Of a stretch of 47,947 nucleotides of DNA, positions 26,801 through 37,860 are shown piece after piece (the first letter of the stretch is position 1; each line of letters starts with the position of its first letter). The stretch spans positions 124,001-171,947 of the forward strand of contig JYFJ02000514.1 in the NCBI GenBank assembly GCA_000934665.2, in the 5' to 3' direction. Source of the DNA: Catajapyx aquilonaris. Taxonomy: Eukaryota. The notes under the pieces were generated by a model, which was not told where the DNA came from, did no database searches, and saw only the letters and a program-made list of their open reading frames with translations. Position numbers and translations under genes: made by a program.

Positions 26801-27245
26801 ATTCTTCTTTTAGTGATTTGATTTCCTCTTTTGATGATTTCATTTCCTCCTCCAATGATTTCAATCCCTCTTCTAATGATGATTTCATTCCTTCTTTTAA
26901 TGCTGTAATTTCCTCTTCCAGTGATGCCACTTCCCCCTTGATGTCTCCCACTTGTCGTGCTGCAGAATGAAAAAAAGGAAGAGCATATTTAACGGTCTTT
27001 AACGAGACTTGATAAATATCCATCGGTCCCTTATTACCTGATCGAGCAAATCCATCCTCTATTAGGCTCATCATTGTTTGTATGGCCAGTTCCAATCGGT
27101 CTATCTGACTGGGTTCCTTTGGATGGACACCAAGGGGAATGTTTTCGGCGGCATTGTTTGTCAGGGCCAGGGAACGATTTACCTCTGATAGGAACAGAAG
27201 GGCGGCCAACAAATAGTGGACAAAACTGCTGATGTTGGCCATCAT
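20892..27245 (-). CDS. Secreted fibrinogen-related (FReD) protein with N-terminal coiled coil and two FN3-like modules, 591 aa
   Basis: 8 phase-consistent exons: 27245-27038, 26959-26797, 26559-26486, 26161-25826, 25760-25458, 25199-25093, 24996-24855, 21334-20892 (1776 nt, no internal stop). Hydrophobic leader ([13 protein letters not shown]) and SLEEE/SLKEE heptads. FReD motifs: [54 protein letters not shown]. The FReD call is firm; the FN3 call is by eye. Confidence 0.88.
21932..22356 (+). mobile_element. Probable solo LTR (425 bp)
   Basis: Ends in CGGTGACA; start AGTGACCG is a degenerate TGTCACCG. TATA-like CTATATCAAGG near 22167, then AATAAA at 22300. Flanks tgca/tgcg resemble a decayed 4-bp target duplication. 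Confidence 0.4.
22379..23213. repeat. Long inverted repeat pair (about 150-bp arms); foldback/MITE-like
   Basis: 22379-22532 is the near-identical reverse complement of 23070-23213 (tgaaataagagcaaaaacattccctt...gaccttcaccaattgatttaagctgtacca...actcaagcaat). No clear target duplication. Confidence 0.85.
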
Positions 27246-27848
27246 CTCGGAGGATGCTGCACTTGTCTCAATCAGACGACTCCTTTCTCCGCAGTCTTAT
27301 AGGGCGTATTGCATAAAGGGTGACATTGGTGACCGCAGATAAAACATTTGTGGGCAAAGGGTGAGGCCTCCTTAACATATAACACGGGTGCTACGGTTAG
27401 GTAATTTCATGCTCCCTTTCTCACATGAGTAATTGGCGTGGTTGGCTGGATGTGTCGTGGGTCATATGATGGGGGCGTTCGCTTTATTTTTATGCCGAGA
27501 TAAGCTTTGATGGCCTTCATCAAAGTCAGAAGTAGCGTCTAGGAGGAAAGTAAGCAGTGATAAGGAGGAAAGTGGTAACTTTCTCCAGACTACCAAAATG
27601 AAACCTGTGAAGTATACAATGGAGAGGAGTCGCTTCATCATCTCTCTATAGTCATTGAGTTTATTTGATTTCATCACAGGGAGCAATGTACCATCTCATA
27701 AAATGTGGCAAAATGTAAAACGGGACAATCATATTAATTCCGTCTGATTCGTTAATATGGTAGCGAAATGCATCCCTGCTGGCTTCACCTCTAACATTAT
27801 GAAATAATTGGTAGATGAATTAAGCAATCCTTGGCAGGATGTTGGACT

Positions 27849-28303
27849 GGTCAGCGATAAACTCTGCGAAACCAAATTTCAGCGCCTGCCATTGGGCGAA
27901 AATGGAATTCGGCAAACGTACTTTTCGGCACCATGAACTTTAGCCGAAAACGGCTCGTTTTGGCTAAATTATTCTGATTCGGTGAGCACAGTTTTCTGCA
28001 ACAGGAGAATTCGCTGAAGGCGCTCTTCGACGAGATGGAGATTCATAAGAGATTGGAGTGATGTGTCGGATAGAATAAGTGCAGCATATAATAAAAGAAA
28101 CAAGATTGCAGATAACGCGAGCATGATTCGAGTCGACTTTTCCTCATTCGGCTGCGGGAAATGAGGCTGACAACACGAAAACAGTTGTCAGCAAATGTTT
28201 CTGTTCCCAGAAGTGTCTTCTCCGAATTTAATTTTCGGCCAATAATAAATAATCTCCGAATCGTCATCCCCCGATTTTTATTTCGCCGAGTTTATCGGGA
28301 ACC
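27849..28303. mobile_element. 455-bp Mutator-like non-autonomous element with periodic subterminal repeats
   Basis: TIRs GGTCAGCGATAAACTCTGCGAAA vs GGTTCCCGATAAACTCGGCGAAA. Flanks TGTTGGACT / CGTTGGACT form a 9-bp duplication with 8 identical bases. Internal ~16-bp units begin TTCG. Confidence 0.8.
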
Positions 28304-29053
28304 CGTTGGACTTTTAAGGCAATATTGTGACACTGCTGAACAATACAATGCTGATGCTGGTCCTGCACATGTAATTTTATTGTTTAGTATTTTCCTAGTA
28401 CAAACGTTGTCAGGTGAGGTGTACAATATGAAATTATTTTTATTCAGTTAGGCATCGGAGTTTGCCTACAAAAGTTCGTCCTAGTTGTATTGTTGAAACG
28501 TGTTTTATTTCAGACGTACCGTACAGCGGGGCGACTTCGGAAGCATGGCGTGAAATCGGACACTTGTTGCACTTTTCTTTGGTTGGGTCAGTGTGGACAT
28601 TTATTATTAGGAGTCTTTAAAAAGCTGCTTGTCCGCCCCCAAAGGATGCCGCGGTGACATGCGAAGGAGTATTTTGAGAGTTTCCTACTTCCCTGTAGCC
28701 CCCTTTATCTGACCACATTCTGCTGCGTGAGTTTGGTTATCACCAGGATGGATGATTTCACCAAGTAGAGTGTGGTCTGGTCGATCTATGTGCCTATCCT
28801 CACACTGGAATATTGACCTTCACTTGCTCATCCTTAACATCCGGATTACCGAATTGACTTATTGTGAGTGATTTTGGACTAGTGGCACATGACCTCATTT
28901 AGAGGCATATTTAAAACCTAAGGCACAGGCTGCCGGGATCGTCGAAAAAGTCACTGCGACGTTCGTCACCATACAGGATACGCATAGATTGTGTATTCTG
29001 TTTCCATCTGCCTAATAACCGCGAATGGGAATATTTTTGAAGACTTGTGTATA

Positions 29054-29515
29054 CAGTAAAACCCCTGTTGTTGGACACCCCTATATGCTGGACACCCCTG
29101 TATGTTGGACATTTTTGGTGGAACCGTGGAAGTTGGACGCTTTTTGTCACCTAAGTTGGACAGGTACACAGTGAATGGGATCAAAAATCTCCATCCAGCC
29201 TGCTGATTTTTCAGGCCATTAGTACTCACAATCACAAGCAAGTGATGCAAGAATCAGAAAGTGAGTCAGACGGTGAAGTGACCAAGGCAAGTGGTTGTGA
29301 CGATGTGCCGCTTTCCCACAAGGATGCTTTAGAGCGATATATGGCTTGGCATCCCACCCAAAAGTGATGGACACCATTTATGCAGCCCGAAAACTCATCA
29401 AAACTGAACTCATGGTGTGGCCAAACCGAAACAGTCCAGGCTGACTTATTTTTGCCACTGTACTCACCATTTATGAACTCAAGGATGTAGAACAGATCTA
29501 CCCGGATGTCCAATT
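29054..29515 (+). mobile_element. Decayed pogo/Tigger-like transposon (right end approximate)
   Basis: TA|CAGTAAAACCCC terminus with repeated TGGACACCCCT subterminal motif. Broken frame encodes ESESESDGE...LSHKDALE and KPKQSRLTYF (29423-29452), resembling the acidic tail and terminal PIP-box-like motif of pogo/Tigger transposases. Confidence 0.55.
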
Positions 29516-30281
29516 TGACTGCACTTGTAGCCGTGATGAGATGACATCAGTCTTCGGTCCAAAGAGGGCCGCATCGGTGGCCTGCAAACAACGGTTATCA
29601 CAATAAGTTTTGCAATTAAGTGACTTCTGCCCCTATAATTGGCACAACTTTATGCTGTATACTTACGGTGTCAGCATCAAGTACTTGCGTGTACCTGATG
29701 ACACATCTGCAGTTGAACACACGACCAGACCAAGACTGATCCAGAGGAGAAATGGTGTCAAACACTGTCTGGAATCTTCTGCATCGAGTGCCAGGCGGAG
29801 AACCCTTGATGCTTCTGATAACGTCAGTTCACATGTCTAAAGTTGTCAAAAAATCTCCCACTGGCAAAAAAAAATGCATGCTGCTTACTGAAACCTTGAG
29901 CTGTAAAAATAACTAGATTAGGCCATCATTTATATCCTAGTGGGCGGAAAGAGTACGTAGAAAGGACGACTTGGCAGCATTTCTAATAGGAGGGTGAAAA
30001 TGCAGAAATTCCCTGCAGAGTTTATTATAAATATATTTATTTAACAGTACAACAGTCACAAGAAAAATTGTCTCTCATTCCGCAGAGGGATCTCATTACA
30101 ATCGGAAATGAGTCTGCCTCCCATTATTATTCACACATCCACAGTACGGTACAGACTCTCTAAATCTGTCCATTACTAAAAGCCACAGTCTCTTATTATC
30201 ACTTCAGTACCATTCTCTGGTTGCATAAATAATAACGGTAGCATTAAAATTGCTATTCCTAAACAATAGTCACATGCAAGT

Positions 30282-30353
30282 CCACATATCATATTCATCA
30301 CAACTTCACATGTCATATTTATCACACCTCCACGTATCATATTCATCACAACA
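30282..30353. repeat. 3 x 24-bp minisatellite
   Basis: ccacatatcatattcatcacaact / tcacatgtcatatttatcacacct / ccacgtatcatattcatcacaaca. Confidence 0.85.
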
Positions 30354-31005
30354 ACAATCTATACCCACCATTTTCAAGCTTGGGCAGGTCATCATCAGAT
30401 AGAATGATTCACAGTGGAAGTGAGTACAACACAAAAAATACCCCAACATCTAGCACACTTTTTAATAAATCACATTGACACGTGTTGGCACAACGCACGG
30501 CCTGGTGGATCCTCTTCACCGAACATGAAACACACTGATTTGTCACGTGTGAGTCGTGAAGGATCATGGGTTTGAAGGAATCGGCATTGACTGGAGCTTA
30601 ATTACGCCATTCCTTGTCATCCAGTTGTTGTCTCCAGGTATCAAGCATTTTAAATCAACGGTGGAATTTCGTGTCCAATGCAGAGCTGCACACTTTTCTG
30701 GTGTGAGTGACAAGGTGACTCAATGGGGACAATATTCATACATGTATTGGGATAAGCAGCAACGACATAGATTGGCATCCCTATACAAGCAAGTACCTCA
30801 TTAACATTAGCATTAACATTAAAACAACAAACTCCTAGATAACTATGCTTAACACCAATAGATTTTTTTTCCCTCTGTCGCCATGTGAACAACACTAGGT
30901 CAAGCGCAGAAATGACTCGGCACCCAACTAATTCATGGGGGAAAAAAAAATCACGACAAGAAAACTTTGAACCTTTTTCCACTGCAGGGTAGGAAAATTA
31001 AATAA

Positions 31006-31407
31006 CACTGTTCGACAAGGATAAATTTTCACAGGTTATGATATGTGTTTCAATAAGTATTTTCGCCGCTGATTCTAAATCTGTAATTAGAATTGTCCTG
31101 TCAGGCATGGTTTTTGAAAGATATCGTTTTAAAGTTTGGAACGGTTTACTAGGGGTCTTTCCAAATCAAGTGGGCCTAAATGTGGCTAGACCATGTCGGA
31201 TCTTGGTAAAAATAATTGCAGATGTACTCAACTATTCCATAGTGCCGCTTATGAAGTTTCAGCTATGTGCGGAACGATATATCTCAAAAACTGTGCCTGA
31301 CAGAAACCTTCTGAGCAGGTATTCAGATTCAGCGCAGAAAGTACAATAGGAATCACTATTCAAATCTTCAGAAAATATAAAAAAGTGTTTTTTTTTGTAC
31401 GGCAGTG
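31006..31407. mobile_element. 402-bp non-autonomous Chapaev3-like (CMC) DNA transposon
   Basis: TAA|CACTG...CAGTG|TAA: 3-bp target duplication and short imperfect TIR. Inverted subterminal motifs cgctga.tct and tgtcaggca(t/c)..tttttga. Family call rests on the CAC termini and TWA duplication. Confidence 0.65.
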
Positions 31408-31762
31408 TAATTAAATACTCTTTGGTAATAATAACTGGGACAACCTGTCCCGCAACCCTCATTTTTGGCTCTGTTAAAATACTCGCCTGGCAACTTCCCC
31501 TGGCTTATCCAGAAAAAAAAGGTGGAAAAAATTAATAATTTGCACTTGGCATTATTTTCTTTTATGGCAGTGCCACCAAAAACATAAAGAGGAATGTAAA
31601 TATTTCAACCAGACAAAAGAATGCCATGGATATTTTGTTGAGATCAATGCGGAGAGACAGAGGTAGCGAGAGAGAGAGAGAGAGAAAGCGCACCTATATG
31701 AAATGTTCATGGGCACCATCCACGTCGAGTATGAAGTGGTCGCTCCCAACCAAAGAAATGCT

Positions 31763-34406
31763 TCATTGGATCTGGCGAGTCGGGCCACATGCCACTCGAG
31801 AAAAGCACTGCATCATCTCCATGTGGACCTCTGGGATTGACGGTTGATGAGCGCTGATAAAGTTGTCATGTTCGTGTAGGTACACGGCCAGTGCAGGACG
31901 ATCCCATTTGTACCTGAAACATACATTTCAGAAAGCGACAATTACTGATATGATGATTTCTTCCAGTTATTGCTGACTGTGGGCAACATGCCGGAACAAC
32001 TCACCTGGCCCGCATCCTCTTCACAAATTGATCCATTACTGAGCTGTTGGATGAAGTATTCTTGTACGTGAGGAAGAGCAGGGTGAGACTAGCGAGATTC
32101 TCCAACACATCTTCCACCTCCGAAAAATCAGCCGGAGCCAGTCCGTCAACAGAACAGTCCATGTACACTTGATTAAGCTGTGAGCAGTTCAGCAAGGTGC
32201 GCAACACCACAGGTACTTGGTCAAATGTCTGCTCAAACCTGTGGTAGCAATCACAAGATGTTAAGTTTTCCCAGTCACGTGGTGACAGCCAGTAAAATCC
32301 ACTAACCAGAATTCCTGAAGGTTGCTGCAAAGCTGCAGGGCGCAGAGCAAATCAGCAGTGAAGGTGCAGCGATCCCGCAATCCCAACTTTCCAAGTCGAA
32401 GGCTTGCAAGGTCTGGACATGACTCAGCAATCTGAAATTCAAATGAAGTTCCGTCATTAACGAAAGCTTCACTTTACAATTTACGATATACAGACCTCTT
32501 TCAGGAAGGATCCGCGACGTGAGATTGGAATGCCGTACAATGTAAGTCTCTTCAGCTTGGTCCACCGGGCAATCAGTCTCATGGTCCTGTTGGGCACTCC
32601 GTATCTGTTGACGCAGTTCCTGCAAGGCAAACGTGTGTTGGTCATGTCGGCAACATGCACCACGGAGAGTAGCTCTGTACCTGTACGGGCAGTGACTATC
32701 TAGCGTCACCAGTTCTAACTCCTCAACCAGGGGGCAATTTGACACAATGAGAGAAAAACCTGAGGATTCATTGGGACTAGAATAATCGAAGCTTTCTTGA
32801 AAAGCTGTGTAAGCAGCAGCACCGCCACTCCGCCTCTTCGCCCAACACATGAAATCCTCATGGTTTGGAGGCTGTCTTTCTATAAAGCACAAGTCGTGTC
32901 GATTTAGACCAACAGCCCACAACGGTCTAACACAAAGTGTCTCTCACCCTTCAGTGGGCAAGCAGGAAGGGCGAGTTTCCTCAAGTTCTTCAGCAAGGAG
33001 ATCCCTTCGCACATCCTCTCTTGGTGGTTTCCATTACACACACAGTCACCAAGAAGGTTCAGTTCCGTGATTCCCAAGTGGACGGCACAAAATCTGGGCA
33101 AGTCCTATAAAAAGTTCAGGTCACATTATTACGACTGACAAATGGGGAGGCAAGTAACGAGGAATTACCAATTGCATGAGGTTGGCGTTGTAATTAAACG
33201 CTTCCAATCCCGAGCACTCCAATTGGACGGGTTTGTCGCAATCATGGGAATTGCAGTAAAAGACATTGAGTCGCGAACAACGTAGCTCTTTTGTCGGTAC
33301 AGCAGCCAGTTTTCCCACGGAAAGTGTCATCATCTGGGAACTTGACACGTTCCTGGGCCAGAAATCGTCTTCTTCATTTTCTTCACACATCACTCGGCAA
33401 TACACTCTGCTGTGAAAACGCACCTCATGCAACTCGTCTGCAGAAAGAAGGAAACATGTAGTAAAATACGTGGACAAGACAAGCGAATCCTCACCTCTCA
33501 TTACGCTGATTGGCGTGTCGAGCCAGAATCCATCCCATTCTGTGCTGGAACTAGCAATTGCAGCATTAAACCCAATGAGATGTGTATCGTGGAAATGCAA
33601 CATGCGATTGGCCCTTGCGACGTAGCGCTTCAGACGCGGAAAGGACATGTAGCCAGGGAGAGGCCACCTCCACCAATTCTGACCATCGCCGTAAACAAAC
33701 ACGAGGATCAGCTCGTGCAGGTTGCAGCACCACTTGAGGAAATGGAGCAGGAAGATGTGCGAATAGTACAGCGGGATGTGGAGTCGGAGGGAGACCAGTT
33801 TGGACAAGGACAGCTCCATGGCCCGCTTGTACTCCAGGAAGAAGAACTCTGAATCAAACTCGTTCCAGCTCCATGAAAGGTGCGTCACCTGCAACGGAAA
33901 GCACACGGCTCATTTTCATGGCGCGTGAACTTGCTGCAATTACTTACGTTCTTGAGCGACTTGAGTATTTCGCAGAGATGGCCGTACTGAAGCTGAGTGC
34001 CGTTCAGACGAAGGTGGGTGATGTTCCTCATCTTGGAGATGCAGCTGGAGAGGAAGGACGAACTGAACCAGTAGCAATCGTCCAAATACAACCGCTGAAC
34101 ATGTGAGCGCCTCAATGGCGACCGCAGGAACTTCTTCAAGTCGCATTCCTTCAGACGTGTCTCGCCCGAGAAGTCAAGCTGCCTGCAAATTTGCGTATCG
34201 TGCGGTTACAATAATTGTCATCCCCGGATATGATTGCGACAGTACCTGACAGCCCTTGCGGTGTGCAAGACCTGGTCGAACTGGACGCACACCAGCGACA
34301 GCGACACCTTGTCGTATCCGTCCAGGTAGGAGAAGATCTGCTCCAGTATTTCAGGCAGGAGGTTCTCCAGCGTGGGCGGTGTTGGCCCGCCTGCCCAGCC
34401 CGCCAT
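31763..34406 (-). CDS. FBXL18: F-box/LRR-repeat protein, FBXL18-like, 682 aa, intact
   Basis: 10 phase-consistent exons: 34406-34246, 34182-33948, 33888-33495, 33437-33169, 33104-32948, 32879-32681, 32619-32496, 32431-32307, 32238-32005, 31913-31763 (2049 nt). F-box LENLLPEILEQIFSYLD..DKVSLSLVC. FBXL18-type motifs LYLDDCYW, LRKLALPAC, CPLVEELEL and the C-terminal RPALAV...IPEVH...FSRVA. Orthology not tested. Confidence 0.82.
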
Positions 34407-35016
34407 TGTTACGTCCCTGGTACAGATTATAACGAAAAAAAAGGGGAGGGTGACACTCTCAACACAACAATGGAGGCTAAAATATGGGTCTCTCTCTTTC
34501 CTGTATAACCTGTCAGGGATCTGGCAGCGCAGGAGACGGCTGCGGATGTGTCTTTCCAACAATGTAGGCGCCCCGTGCTTTGTTGTGGGCCAACAAACGA
34601 CGACAGGAGAGGAGATGTTCCCACGCCGACAATGGGGCCGACACCTTTTGTCCAGTGCCGGTTGGCTGCACTGACGGCACCTTCCACCCGGCACCAACGT
34701 CATTAGAGCACATCTGGTACTGCCGATTTTTAATAAATTGCGATTAACCTGAATATGATTGAATGGACGGTCATGTTTAGCTTATTTGAATGAAATGGCG
34801 CGGGATTGGCTGTTGGCAACATTGCCGGAAGCTATTGTGGCGCCTCTAGTGGCGCCGTATGAGGCGGGAGATTCGAAAAAGCAAAATAATAATCCGAACA
34901 ATAATAATCATCATCATAATCAGTGAAGCGTGCCACTTTTTGCTAACAACAGTCCAATCAGATTCGCCATACACATTTTGTTGCGTTTATTCCAACGTTC
35001 CATACATTTCATACAG

Positions 35017-36844
35017 CTAGGTACGCGGTGCATGCCCCCCCTTCAACCTGCAACAAACATGTGGAATTTAAAATTATTGACATGATCCTGAATTGCTCGT
35101 TGGCTGGAAGCAATTTCAACGACACTTACCGAGAACATATCAACTGGGTGAGTCTGCCTGGGGTTGCTTCACACACATAAAAGAACAAGCTGAGTCTGGT
35201 TGCCTTCTTCATCGGGATCCTCCACAGCTCCCAGCTCCGCAGGATGCAGCCAGTCCCTGCAGTCCAGGTACAATTGCTTCAGACGGGGGCAGCATTGCAA
35301 GGAAAGCAGGAGCTCAGATTTGCTGCCCGGCAACTCCTGCTCCAACCTAGGATAATTTTTAATTTCCTCGACATGAATGCAAGTTCCCGGAATGCGTACA
35401 AATTATGCGGGCGACTAACCAGAATTCCTCTAGGTTACTGCACAGCTTCAATGCTTGGTATAAGTATGGGGAGTACCAGAGGTTATTCTGTAATCCCAGC
35501 TTTCCAATGCGAATGCTGACTAAGGCTTGACATGACCCTGTGATGTTCCAGGCATAATTCAACATTAGAAACAGACCTCTGGCAGAAAGGATCTATCAGT
35601 GATCGGAATATTATGTGCAGGGTCAAACGCTTCAATTTGTTCCACTTGGCGATCAATTCCATCCCACCGCTCAGCACAGGACCCTCACCAAGGCACTTCC
35701 TGCAAGACAATGTCATAGGCAACGCACACACTAAAAAAAACTGTTCAACACGACACATACGTATCACTTGTATTGGCTATCTCAACCTCCTCAACCAGTG
35801 AGCATTTTGTGACATGTAGAAGAAGACTGAGCCCAGCACATCCTTACGCCTCTTCGCGCAGGAGGGACTTGACGCATCTTGTTCTAGAAAGCAGATCAAA
35901 GTATTTTTTAACGTGGCAAGAATAAGCAACAAAGGCAGTCGCAGGTTCTGAAACCAACCTGATTCGTCACCGACCTATGATCAGACTTTTAGCTTTTACG
36001 AAGCAGGCAGGGAGAGCAAGCTTCTTCAGGTTTTCCAACATGGAAAGCATGCACCACCTTAGATGCTCCGTCCCACACACACAAAGATTTAGAATGTTCA
36101 GTTACGTAATTTGCCGATGGGTGGAAAAGAATCTAGCGAAGTCCTGAAATTTTCACATATATTATGAGATTGCAATACATGAAAACCAGTCATTAAAAAT
36201 TACCAGTGAATGGAACTTGGACTGGTAATGGAATGATTGCAGGCCTTGACCTTTAAAAGGAACCGTTTGAATTCACTCTGCAAATCAGGAAGCATCTCGC
36301 ACTGATGTAGCTTAAGCCGAGGCATATTTAGCGACTCTGCACCGAGGGAACTGAGAATACTTTTCCATGGGATTGTTGCAATCTGGCCATCCGGTAATTG
36401 TTTGGGCCAGAAATCCATTTCACCATCACCTCTGCAGGTCATGTTGCGCAGATGTTGGGAATTATCACTTTCCAGTAGGTCTTCTGAAAGGTTAGAAGTT
36501 GTAAGCCAAACCAAGAGCTCTTGGCCAAACATAATCATGGCGATGCAGACGACTCACCTCTCATTAAGCTAACGGGTGCGTCAAGCCAAAAGCAATTCAA
36601 CGCTGAATTGGAACCAACAGCTTTGGTAATGAGCCTGATTATTCCTGCATCTTCTCCAGTCATTGGGCGTTCAAGGATCACCGTGAGGCTGGTGAGGCAT
36701 CTGAATGACACCTTCACGCTCACATCCAGCCACGCTGCATTGTTGGGGCATTCCCCAGCAGCCACAAAGACAAGGGACAATTATCCTTTCCACTATGACA
36801 TCGGGCAGCTTCACAAGACTGGACCCTGCTGGACCATCCCCCAT
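35017..36844 (-). pseudogene. Unprocessed tandem pseudogene of the FBXL18-like gene
   Basis: Collinear similarity and shared intron positions (FWLDAPVSLMR|gt vs FWLDTPISVMR|gt; LKKLALPAC; IAKWNKLKRLTL; CSNLEEFW|gttagt). Lesions: F-box start MGDGPAGSSLVKLPDVIVERII fused out of frame near 36780 to exon-3 sequence; frameshifts near 36275, 35612 and 35220; in-frame TAA at 36104-36102 where the paralog has GAA; acceptor AG changed to AC at 35546-35545. Confidence 0.88.
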
Positions 36845-36921
36845 TTTGCGAGATTTAATAAAAATATAAAATAAATCTTGCTACAAAAACGTGCTTCTCC
36901 CGCCGCCGCCACCACCACCAG

Positions 36922-36936
36922 AGGCCGCCATATTGG
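36922..36936. promoter_or_regulatory. YY1/Pho-type motif in the short divergent intergenic region
   Basis: GCCGCCATATT matches the GCCGCCATNTT consensus and lies between the divergent starts at 36844 (-) and 37208 (+). Motif match only. Confidence 0.3.
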
Positions 36937-37207
36937 TTCCCAACAGGATTCCCAATCCCAGCCTCTCCTGCAATCCCTGGTGATAAATTAATCGATTAGT
37001 GTCATTCTAAAATTGGACAATTAGGATAAATCAAGAGTGATCGAAATTTATACATAAATAATTTAAAATTTTTGCGTCACTTGCCCCCCCTCCCCTCTCC
37101 CTGGCCTTGGGTTCTGTTGGCGACACTGCTGTTGTCCTACTGTACTGCAGCTGTAGTTGACAGGTTTTGCTCTGCTCGTTCTTTTCTTGATAATTATCCA
37201 GCCAGAG

Positions 37208-37668
37208 ATGCCTCCTGTGAACAAGGAGGATTCATCTCGAGGGGAGAGGTCTCCTGTTGCTGCAGACACGGAGCAGCGTTCCAAGGAGGAAGCTGCAGGA
37301 GGAGCCCCCCCGCGTCTGCTGGGAAAGAGAGAAGGGCACAGGAAGAGTGGGGAAGGTATATACACCATACAGTACAGTACAATAAGTATTATTAGAGGCC
37401 AGTTCATTTCATTGCCTGTGGTTTCCATGTTCTGCCAGCAGTGTTGAGCCGTGGTGAGGCGTCTGGCGAGGAAGCCCCACCTGCAGCCAAGAGGCTGAGG
37501 CAACAAGAGGATGAGGATGGTAACGACGACGGCGACGACGACGAGGATCTCCGGCAGATGATGGAAGTGGAGAGGCTGAAGAAAGTGATGATGCGGATAA
37601 TGCGCAGTGTCGACGAACGCATCGGCTCCCTGGAGCACGACATACATGCCGTCGACCCGGACTTTTAA
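37208..37668 (+). CDS. Hypothetical 125-aa acidic protein with predicted NLS
   Basis: Exons 37208-37355 and 37439-37668 join in frame (GAAG|gtatat...ccag|CAGTG, tandem CAGCAG acceptor). GC-rich relative to its flanks. PPAAKRLR, an acidic run and an amphipathic C-terminal helix. No family recognised; the 5' end may be incomplete. Confidence 0.6.
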
Positions 37669-37860
37669 GACTTTCCTGCCGTGCTGCATCCGGCGGGATT
37701 TAATGTATATTTTTCTGTTATAAATTACTATCAGACGTAACAATGAAAGTTCATCCATAATATTCAGGGCTCGTTTTTGTAGAGAGGTGACCTATATTCC
37801 AGGTGCCTGCAAAAACTTAATTTAATTTAAAAAGGGGGAGTATAGTGTGTGGCTACATTC

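Noticed and set aside
27850..28044. CRISPR-like reading of the constant-head, variable-tail 16-bp array
   Set aside because: The conserved part is only 3-5 nt, there are no cas genes, the context is eukaryotic, and the array lies inside a TIR/TSD-bounded element.
34839..34856. CTCF-like motif GGCGCCTCTAGTGGCG upstream of the F-box gene
   Set aside because: One base short of the core consensus spacing; not supportable from sequence alone.
37063..37758. 231-aa minus-strand ORF
   Set aside because: Antisense to the spliced + strand model and runs through its AT-rich intron. It reads as a shadow frame, though this is not formally excluded.
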